This document shows positions 22,232-29,665 of a DNA stretch of 64,000 bases, piece by piece (position 1 is the stretch's first letter; every line of letters starts with the position of its first letter). The notes under the pieces were generated by a model, which saw only the letters and a list, made by a program, of their open reading frames with translations, was not told where the DNA came from and ran no database searches. The position numbers were made by a program, and so were the translations under genes. This DNA comes from an uncultured delta proteobacterium (GTDB taxonomy: Bacteria > Myxococcota_A > Polyangia > Polyangiales > Polyangiaceae): assembly GCA_963782055.1 (NCBI GenBank), contig CAWAIF010000003.1, positions 1,216,001-1,280,000 on the forward strand, read 5' to 3'.

Positions 22232-22978
22232 ATGAGCCGCGTAGCCATCCGTCGAACGCTGGCCGCCCTCGCCTGGGGGGGCGCGCTCGTCGTCTCCGTG
22301 GGCCTGGGGTGCGGCGGCCTGAAGTACCCCAGCTGCGAGAGCGACGAGGACTGCACGGCCGACGGTCACACCGGCGTGTGCGTCGCCGGCAAGTGCGTGG
22401 AGTGCCGGGACGACGCGGCGTGCGGGACGGGCAAGTCGTGCGACGAGGGCAAGTGCGTGGCGATCCCCGGCTACTGCGACGACTCCAAGGCGTGCGAGCA
22501 GGGGTCCACGTGCGGCAAGGACCACCGCTGCAAGAAGGTGGTGGCGTCCGTCGCACCGAAGGAGTGCGACGACGACAACCCCTGCGCCGACCCGAAGCAG
22601 CACTGCCAGAACGGCCACTGCGTCTCCCCGCCCAACGGCGGGCCCGGCTGCACCGACTTTCCCGCGCCGACCTTCAGCTTCGAGTCGCCGGAGGTGCAGG
22701 GCCAGGCGAAGAAGACGCTGGACCGGCTGGTGGGGTGCCTGAACAAGTCGCTCAAGGGCGCGCACGTGCTGCTCGTCGGCCACTGCGACGCGCGTGGCGA
22801 GTACGAGTTCAACATGGGTCTGGGTGCGCAGCGCGCGGAGGGGGTCAAGGGCTACCTCACGACGGCCGGCATCCCCGCCGACATCATCGCGACCTCCTCC
22901 CGCGGGAAGCTGGACGCGACTGGCACCGACGAGGCGGGCTGGCAGCACGACCGCCGGGTCGACATCGAGATCCGCTGA
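22232..22978 (+). CDS. OmpA/Pal-family lipoprotein with Cys-rich N-terminal repeats
   Basis: Lipobox GLGC; C-x2-D-x2-C repeats; OmpA domain VGHCDARG..FNMGLGAQRA, SRGK, DRRVDI. Confidence 0.88.
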   Translation: MSRVAIRRTLAALAWGGALVVSVGLGCGGLKYPSCESDEDCTADGHTGVCVAGKCVECRDDAACGTGKSCDEGKCVAIPGYCDDSKACEQGSTCGKDHRCKKVVASVAPKECDDDNPCADPKQHCQNGHCVSPPNGGPGCTDFPAPTFSFESPEVQGQAKKTLDRLVGCLNKSLKGAHVLLVGHCDARGEYEFNMGLGAQRAEGVKGYLTTAGIPADIIATSSRGKLDATGTDEAGWQHDRRVDIEIR

Positions 22979-23023
22979 AATGTTAGGGCAGGGGCGGGGA
23001 CGCCCCACGGGGCTTGCCCGTCG

Positions 23024-23052
23024 TTGACAGCGGGCGGGATTTGCCTCATTGT
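23024..23052 (+). promoter_or_regulatory. Sigma-70-type promoter candidate
   Basis: TTGACA (23024-23029), 17-nt spacer, CATTGT (23047-23052), upstream of ATG 23080. Confidence 0.5.
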
Positions 23053-23079
23053 CCGCGGCCCTTTACAGGAAGAAAGCAC

Positions 23080-23289
23080 ATGGTCTCCTCCACCCAGCAG
23101 TTCGAGCGCATTCGCAAGCGCAAGAAGACCACCAGCGGCAAGCGGAACAAGCGCGCGCTCCGCGCCCACGGCACGCCGGTGTTCGCCGTTCACCCCGAGG
23201 GGTACGATCCCAAGGCGGCGGACGCGAAGAAGGCGCCCGCGAAGGCTGCCGCTCCGGCCGCGAAGCCCGCGAAGACCGCGAAGAAGTAA
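23080..23289 (+). CDS. Small basic protein (69 aa) with Lys/Ala/Pro-rich tail
   Basis: AGGA RBS, biased codons, TAA stop; MVSSTQQFERIRKRKK...KKAPAKAAAPAAKPAKTAKK. Confidence 0.75.
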   Translation: MVSSTQQFERIRKRKKTTSGKRNKRALRAHGTPVFAVHPEGYDPKAADAKKAPAKAAAPAAKPAKTAKK

Positions 23290-23291
23290 CG

Positions 23292-23810
23292 TCAGAGCCC
23301 CAGGTCGATGCCCTTGGCGCTCAGCCGTGCCCGGGCGCGCTCCGCCCGATCGCACGCGGGCAGGGCGATCGCGGCCAGCACCACCGCGGCGACGGCCGCG
23401 CCGGGGGTGAGCATGACGAAGAACGCCACGAAGCGGTGGATGAAGGCGTAGACGAACCACCCGCCGCCCACGACGACCAGCAGCCCCACGGCCACCAGGC
23501 CGACCACGGCCGCCCAGCGGCGAGCGCCCGCGAGCTTGGCTCCGGCGACGATGCACGCGATGCCCAGGAGGAAGATCGCGTAGGGGGCGACCATCATCGG
23601 GCCGCGGATCTCCACCGTGAGCCAGGTCTGCCCCGACGCGAGCACGGCGAAGAGGCCCGTCAGGGCGAGCGCGCCGCCTGCCACTTTGCAGAGCATCGGG
23701 CTGAGGGCGCGCAGGTCTTCGTCGTCCTGGTCGGGCCGCGGCATCGGCTGCGGCGACCACTGCGGGGAAGGGGCCTGGGGCGGGGACCACTGGGGCGGCT
23801 GCGGCTGCAT
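23292..23810 (-). CDS. Hypothetical 4-TM membrane protein with Pro/Gln-rich N-terminus
   Basis: Hydrophobic segments; 6 bp downstream of the preceding minus-strand gene. Confidence 0.7.
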   Translation of the reverse strand: MQPQPPQWSPPQAPSPQWSPQPMPRPDQDDEDLRALSPMLCKVAGGALALTGLFAVLASGQTWLTVEIRGPMMVAPYAIFLLGIACIVAGAKLAGARRWAAVVGLVAVGLLVVVGGGWFVYAFIHRFVAFFVMLTPGAAVAAVVLAAIALPACDRAERARARLSAKGIDLGL

Positions 23811-23816
23811 GGTTTC

Positions 23817-24674
23817 TCAGGCGCCGGCGAGGACCGACTCGGCCTCGGGCAGGATGCCACGAACGTACGCACGCGCCTCGGCGTCCGCCAGGACGGGCTC
23901 GCTCGGGCGGGTGGCGGCGGCGGGGGACCCGGCGGCGATCCGCGCGAGCGCGTAGGACTCGAGCGCCTCCGCCAGGACGGCCTCGCTGGCGACGAGGACG
24001 TTGCGAAGGAGCGCGTGCTCGGCGTCCAGGACGCGCACCACCTCCGGCCACTGGCCGCGGCGCGCGGCGATCATGGCGCACGCGCGGACGGCGTACGCGA
24101 TGGCGAGGGAGGTCGGTGGCAGGGCGCCCATCGCGGCGAGCTCCACCTCCGCGCCTCGCGTGTCCTGCAGGATGGCGAGGGTGAAGGCGAGCTGGGAGCG
24201 CGCGAGGCTCTGGTAGTAGTCCGGAGTGGAGCCGAAGCGGAAGCCGCGCGACGCCTCGATCGCCGCGCGGAAGAGGGCCGCTGCGCCCTCGAAGTCCCGC
24301 CGCCGCAGGGCGATCACGCCCAGGTTGTGGAGCGCCATCACCACGGTGTCGCGCAGGTAGTAGCCGGTGGCCGTGGCGCGGAAACCCGCGGCGGCGGCGT
24401 CGGTGTCGTCGCGCTGCAACGCCTGCACGCCGTCGTTGTTCAGCCGCACCCCCGCGCGCACGTAAAACCGGAGGACGACGAGCGGCACGAAGACCACGAC
24501 CATGGGGGCGGCGAGCATGAGCGGGTGCGGGTCGGCGCCGGTGACCACGCCGAGCAGCGTGACGACGAAGGCGACGATCAGCGCCAGCCCGAGGAGGGAC
24601 GGGTTGATACGGTGGATCCGGGCGCCCCCCAGGTAAGGAGTGGCCTCCGCCAGCCGGTACGCCTCGCGCCTCAC
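23817..24674 (-). CDS. Hypothetical membrane-anchored TPR-like protein
   Basis: Two TM helices then ALHNLGVIALRRRDFEGAAALF (TPR-like); GTGA overlap with the upstream gene. Confidence 0.7.
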   Translation of the reverse strand: MRREAYRLAEATPYLGGARIHRINPSLLGLALIVAFVVTLLGVVTGADPHPLMLAAPMVVVFVPLVVLRFYVRAGVRLNNDGVQALQRDDTDAAAAGFRATATGYYLRDTVVMALHNLGVIALRRRDFEGAAALFRAAIEASRGFRFGSTPDYYQSLARSQLAFTLAILQDTRGAEVELAAMGALPPTSLAIAYAVRACAMIAARRGQWPEVVRVLDAEHALLRNVLVASEAVLAEALESYALARIAAGSPAAATRPSEPVLADAEARAYVRGILPEAESVLAGA

Positions 24675-25525
24675 GGCTCCACCCCCATCACCGCCGCCGC
24701 CTCCGGGACGGCGCGGAGGATCCAGCGACGCAGCGCCGGGTCGCCGCCGACGACCGCCGCGCCACGCGCGGCGCCGGAGAGCTTCGCGCGCGCCATCACC
24801 TCCAGGACGTGGGCGAGCACGCGCTCGCGGTGGGCGAAGCCGTTGCGATGGATGACGCGGTCTTGCTCCAGCCGTGCGAGGAGCGCGGCGGCGTCGCCGC
24901 GGCGCGCCTCGATGAGCAGGCCGGCGCGACTCTCCAGCACCTGCGCCGCCGGGAGCGCGTCACGATGCGTGGCCGCCCGGAGCACGGCGGCCGCGTCGTC
25001 CACGCGGCCCTCGGCGGCGAGGGCGAAGGCGCGGCGGGCCGCGACGACCGGCAGGAGCTGCGCCTTGAAGATCGCCGCCACGGGCGCCCGCTGGATCTCG
25101 TCCCACGCGAGCCCGTAGACCGCGGCCGCCTCGGCGAAGTCTCCGGCCGCCTCGGCGGCGCGGGCGAGCAGCACGAGCACCTGGCCCCGCGCGTAGCCGC
25201 TCATCGGCGTCGCGAGGGCGGCTCGCGCGGCCTGCACCGCGTGGTCGATCCGCCCGCGAAGCAGCAGCATCTCGACGCCCTGGACCTGCGTGACGACACG
25301 GCGCGCTCCGCCGCGCACGAACCCGCCAGTCCGGACCCCGATCGCCAGCACGACGACGGCGACGCCGGCGAAGAGGCCGGTCGCCAGCCAGTCGGGGCCA
25401 CCGCGCTGCATGACGGCCCAGATCGCCATCAGCAGGAGGAAGATCGCAGCCCACAGCAGGGAGGCGCCACGCGTGGGGCGGATGCGCCGCGGCGGCGGTA
25501 GGCCGTCCACGTAACGATTGGCCAT
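24671..25525 (-). CDS. Hypothetical membrane-anchored TPR-like protein
   Basis: Two TM helices then LARAAEAAGDFAEAAAVY (TPR-like); ATG 25525. Confidence 0.7.
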   Translation of the reverse strand: MANRYVDGLPPPRRIRPTRGASLLWAAIFLLLMAIWAVMQRGGPDWLATGLFAGVAVVVLAIGVRTGGFVRGGARRVVTQVQGVEMLLLRGRIDHAVQAARAALATPMSGYARGQVLVLLARAAEAAGDFAEAAAVYGLAWDEIQRAPVAAIFKAQLLPVVAARRAFALAAEGRVDDAAAVLRAATHRDALPAAQVLESRAGLLIEARRGDAAALLARLEQDRVIHRNGFAHRERVLAHVLEVMARAKLSGAARGAAVVGGDPALRRWILRAVPEAAAVMGVEP

Positions 25526-25558
25526 GGCAGAGGATGGTACGCCACCCGGGCAGCGCAT

Positions 25559-25813
25559 CTACCTCGCGCGGGCTGCCAGCCCGACCAGCAGGACGACGTA
25601 CGCCGCGAGCGTGCCGCCGAACGCCCAGACGCGCGCGCGATAGCCCTCGCGCCACGCCCAGACCAGCCCGAGCGGGGCGATGAAGAAGCCCACGGCCGCG
25701 CGCCACCGCGGCGGGCGCAGCGCGAGGCCGACCACCACCGCCAGGTGCGTCGCTGCGTGGAGCACGAGCACCACCAGCGCGAGCACGCCGAACGCGTTGT
25801 GGGTTTCGCCCAT
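25559..25813 (-). CDS. Small hypothetical 3-TM membrane protein
   Basis: MGETHNAFGVLALVVLVLH...; hydrophobic; first gene of the minus-strand cluster. Confidence 0.6.
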   Translation of the reverse strand: MGETHNAFGVLALVVLVLHAATHLAVVVGLALRPPRWRAAVGFFIAPLGLVWAWREGYRARVWAFGGTLAAYVVLLVGLAARAR

Positions 25814-25846
25814 CGAGGCTGGATGTGTAGCAAAGCCCGGAGCGGA

Positions 25847-26128
25847 GCCGAAGCGACTCGGCGCAAATGAGGCGAATGGCGCCGCCGAAGTGAATTCGGC
25901 GGCTCCCCCCCTGGTTCGCGTTCGCGAATGGCGAACGCTCATCTAAAATCGGCGTTCGTGATCCTCGAACGCCGATCTTCGCGAGCAAAGCGAGCGCCGC
26001 GTGGGGTGGGGCCCCGAAGAACCGCGTTTTTCGGGACGGGGCGGCGCGTGCCGCCCCGTGAGACAAGACCTGAATCGGACGAGCCCGATTCCGAATCGCG
26101 CTCCTTCATTTAGATTGCCGAACGCGAA
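25847..26128. repeat. Multi-hairpin intergenic element (REP/MITE-like or structured RNA)
   Basis: Stem-loops at 25881-25903, 25918-25938, 25948-25976, 26013-26035, 26036-26059 and 26072-26091. Long-range inverted repeats at 25915-25924/26119-26128 and 25941-25947/26109-26115. Confidence 0.65.
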
Positions 26129-26129
26129 G

Positions 26130-27656
26130 ATGGCCAAGACACCGTCCCGTTTCGGCGCCGCGCGGGCGCGCTGGGCCGACCGGCTCGCCCGCTCCAGCCG
26201 CGTCTTCCTCGCCGGGCTGATCATCGCCTGCGGCATCGAGGTGATGGTCGACTGGAACCAGACCTTCTTCGAGATCAACGTGCTGCGCGACCAGGTGCGC
26301 GAGAAGGCGACGAGCTACGCCGGCTTGCTCGAGCGCGCCGCCGTCGAGCCGATGCAGGGCCACGACGTCGCCGCCCTCGACACCCTGGCGGCGGGCGTCC
26401 TCGACGACGAGGACGCGGTGTACGTGCGCATCACCGACCCGCGCGGCGAGGTGATCTACGAGAAGCTGAAGGCGGACTACGGCGCCGCCTACGCCAAGAA
26501 GCGCGGCGAGACCTTCACCACGCACTACGCCCGGCTGGTGGACCGCGACGTGCGCGGCATCCTGAACGACCCCGCCGGCTTCCGCCGCCGGCTCGCCAAC
26601 AGCCGGTACCGCGACTTCGCGCAGGTCTGGACGGACACGACCGCCCGCGCCGTCTCCCTCTTCGTGCCGCCGAAGCCGCCGCCGCCGGCGCGCGCCAACC
26701 TCGTCTACCAGGATCGCCTGCGCGACACGAACCGCGAGCGCGACGACGCGGTGACGTGGGCCATCGCGCCGCTCGAGAAGGACGGCGCGAAGCTCGGAGC
26801 GGTGCTCGTCGCCTTCGACATGACGCGCACCAACGACGGCATCCGCCTCAAGTACTTCAAGGGCTTCGGGATGGTCGTCTTCTTCGTCGGCCTCATCCTG
26901 GTGCAGAGCACCATCAACCGGCGCGACAAGCTGCGCATCCTGGACCTGGAGGCGCGCTACGCGTCGGCGAAGAAGGCCCTGCGCGCCGCGCTGCCCCAGG
27001 GCCCGGTGCGGGTCGGCGGGCTCGTGGCGTCGGGCGCGCTGGAGCAGGCCAAGGGGCCGGTCGACGGCATGATCTGGGACGCCTGCGACGACCGCGGCGC
27101 GATGGTGGTGCTGGTGGTCGACCCCGACGGTGACGGCATCGACGCCGCCGCCATCGGGCTGCACATGGCGAGGACCTTCCGCGCCCGCTGCGCTGCCGGC
27201 ACGCCGGTGGACCTGGACGCCGAGGTGCGCGCCCTCGGCGCGGCGACCGCCGACATCCCGCTGACGCGCCCCATCGGCGTGCTGCTCGCCCGCGTGACGC
27301 AGGACGGCGCCGTGGAGGCGCGGGTGAGCCGCTTCGCCTCGCTGCACGTGCTGGACGGCGCGTCGGTGGCGGCGCTGCCCGCCCACGACGCCGACGCGGA
27401 GCCGGCCGAGGGCATCGTGCCCCCCATCGCCCGGGCCGAGGGCGTGCTGCCGGCGCACGCGACGCTGGTGTGCGCGTGCTCCGGCAAGGGCCAGAAGGAG
27501 GCGCGCCTGGACGGCGAGGCGCTCGCCCGCTACGCCCTTCGTACGCGGGGTCCGGCGGGGGAGGTCACGGCGGAGGACGCGGCGATCTGGGCGCGCGGCA
27601 AGCACGCCGCCCTCGCCGAGAACGACGTGGTGGTCGTCACGGTCCAGCGCACCTGA
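26130..27656 (+). CDS. Membrane sensor protein with degenerate SpoIIE/PP2C-like C-terminal domain
   Basis: TM, periplasmic Cache-like region (VYVRITDPRGEV; AIAPL..LGAVLVAFD), TM, then VDGMIWD, VVDPDGDGIDAAA and ENDVVVVTV resembling PP2C motifs. Confidence 0.65.
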   Translation: MAKTPSRFGAARARWADRLARSSRVFLAGLIIACGIEVMVDWNQTFFEINVLRDQVREKATSYAGLLERAAVEPMQGHDVAALDTLAAGVLDDEDAVYVRITDPRGEVIYEKLKADYGAAYAKKRGETFTTHYARLVDRDVRGILNDPAGFRRRLANSRYRDFAQVWTDTTARAVSLFVPPKPPPPARANLVYQDRLRDTNRERDDAVTWAIAPLEKDGAKLGAVLVAFDMTRTNDGIRLKYFKGFGMVVFFVGLILVQSTINRRDKLRILDLEARYASAKKALRAALPQGPVRVGGLVASGALEQAKGPVDGMIWDACDDRGAMVVLVVDPDGDGIDAAAIGLHMARTFRARCAAGTPVDLDAEVRALGAATADIPLTRPIGVLLARVTQDGAVEARVSRFASLHVLDGASVAALPAHDADAEPAEGIVPPIARAEGVLPAHATLVCACSGKGQKEARLDGEALARYALRTRGPAGEVTAEDAAIWARGKHAALAENDVVVVTVQRT

Positions 27657-27735
27657 GGTCCGGCCGACGGCCCGAAGGGCACGACGACGGATGGGTCCGG
27701 TTGCGTGCGCCGCGGCGGCGGGTGACACTCCGCGC

Positions 27736-29619
27736 GTGCGCGCCTCCATCCTGCAATCGCTCGCCGCCGGCGCCGGGCTCGCGCTGGGCATGCTCGCCGC
27801 GCTCCCCGCCCGCGGCGACGCGAAGGCCCCCACCATCTCCCCCGACGAGATCCACGAGGGCATGAAGGGGTATGGGCTGACCGTGTTCCACGGCTTCCAG
27901 CCGCAGCGCTTCGACGTGGAGGTCATCGGCGTCCTGCACAACTTCCGCCCGGCGCAGGATCTCATCCTGGTGAAGACGCCCAACCCGCGCCTGGACATCA
28001 CGCACAACGTGCAGGGCATGAGCGGCAGCCCGATCTACCTCGACGGCCGTCTGGCCGGGGCTTACGCCTACAGCCTTCGCGGCTTCATGACCGAGTCGGT
28101 CGCCGGCATCACCCCCATCGGGCCGATGCTCAAGGAGCTGCACCGGCCCATCCCGCCTGGGTTCTGGCCGCTGCAGGGCGGCGCGCCGCTCCCCGCCGCG
28201 CAGGCCCGGCCCCCCGTGCGTCGCGCGTCGCTGGACGACGGCCCCACGCGCTGGGACGGGCCCCCCGGCCAGTACGACCTGCTCGCCCACGCCCGGCAGG
28301 TGGCCGCGCGTCTCGGGCCCACGGGCGACGCCTCCCGCGGCATCACCCCCGCCGCCACGCCGCTCGTCGTCGCGGGCGTGGGGAGCCGCACGATGGGCAT
28401 GGTGCGCACCCTCTTCGGTCCGCTCGGCCTGGACCCGGTCGCCGGCGGCGGCGCCGGACAGGCCGCGGCGAAGGGCGAGACCATCCCCACCCACTTCGTC
28501 GACGGCGGATCGCTCGGCGTGCTCCTCGCCGGCGGCGACGTGTCCTTCATGGGGCTCGGCACGGTGACGCACGTGGAGGGGCAGAAGCTCTGCGCCTTCG
28601 GCCACCCGATGATGGGCGCCGGGGACACCGCCCTGCCCACCGCCATCGCCCGCGTGCTCTGGATCTACGCGAGCCAGCAGCACAGCTTCAAGGTGGGTGA
28701 GGCGATCAAGCCGTACGGGACGCTGGTGCAGGATCGCATGAGCGCGGTGGTCGCGGACGAGACCCGCCGCGCGCCGGTCATCCCGGTGCACATCGACGTG
28801 ACCGGCGTCGTCGGTGCGCCCAAGACCTCGTGGAACATGACCATCTCGCAGGAGAAGTTCATGAGCGCCTCGCTCACCGCGTCCATGTTCGGCTCGGTGG
28901 TCGAGGCCACCACCGCGGAGCGGCGCGACCTCACCTGGAAGGTCCGCTCGCGCGTCCATGTTCGCGGCCACGGGACCATCGACGTCGACGACTTCGGCGT
29001 CGCCATCGGCGGGATGCCCGAGACGGGCGACTGGTTCCAGTCGCGGGTGGTGCGCCTGGTGGGCGGCACCCTCAACAACCCGTGGGAGAACGTCGCCATC
29101 GATCGCATCGACGCGACGCTCTCGGTCGACTACTCGCGCCAGCTCTGGCGGCTGCGCGGCGTGGACGCGCTCGACCCGGTCGTCGACGCCGGGGACAAGG
29201 CGCGCTTCGTCCTGCACTTCCTCCCCTTCGCCGGGCCGGAGGTGACGCGGACGGTGGAGGTTGTCGTGCCGCCGGAGCTCGCGGGCAAGGACGCGGAGGT
29301 GGAGGTCTACCCCGGCTACGAGGTCACGCCGGACGTGGCCCCCCCGGAGAACCTGAACCAGCTCCTGGCCAACGCCACACGGCAGACGGAGACGCCCCGC
29401 AGCATCGTGGTCCAGATCAAGCTGCCCACCCAGGGACTGGCCTTCAACGGGCACATCGCGCCGCGGCTGCCTTACTCCATGCTGGACGCGCTGCGGCCCG
29501 CCACGAGCGACATCGCGCCCCAGAGATTCGTGAGCTATGCACGCACCGTCATCCCGCTGCCCAACTACGTCGACGGCCACGACAAGCTCAAGATCAAGGT
29601 GCGCGAAAAGTTGCGCTGA
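27736..29619 (+). CDS. Secreted SpoIVB-like peptidase S55 domain protein
   Basis: Signal peptide; GMKGYGLTVF..FDVEVIGVL, VQGMSGSPIYLDGRLAGA and GTVT..AFGHP motifs. GTG start at 27736 inferred. Confidence 0.85.
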   Translation: MRASILQSLAAGAGLALGMLAALPARGDAKAPTISPDEIHEGMKGYGLTVFHGFQPQRFDVEVIGVLHNFRPAQDLILVKTPNPRLDITHNVQGMSGSPIYLDGRLAGAYAYSLRGFMTESVAGITPIGPMLKELHRPIPPGFWPLQGGAPLPAAQARPPVRRASLDDGPTRWDGPPGQYDLLAHARQVAARLGPTGDASRGITPAATPLVVAGVGSRTMGMVRTLFGPLGLDPVAGGGAGQAAAKGETIPTHFVDGGSLGVLLAGGDVSFMGLGTVTHVEGQKLCAFGHPMMGAGDTALPTAIARVLWIYASQQHSFKVGEAIKPYGTLVQDRMSAVVADETRRAPVIPVHIDVTGVVGAPKTSWNMTISQEKFMSASLTASMFGSVVEATTAERRDLTWKVRSRVHVRGHGTIDVDDFGVAIGGMPETGDWFQSRVVRLVGGTLNNPWENVAIDRIDATLSVDYSRQLWRLRGVDALDPVVDAGDKARFVLHFLPFAGPEVTRTVEVVVPPELAGKDAEVEVYPGYEVTPDVAPPENLNQLLANATRQTETPRSIVVQIKLPTQGLAFNGHIAPRLPYSMLDALRPATSDIAPQRFVSYARTVIPLPNYVDGHDKLKIKVREKLR

Positions 29620-29665
29620 CGTTTCTTCCCGGCGCGAGGCCCGGCCCCGGTGTACAAAGGGGCGC

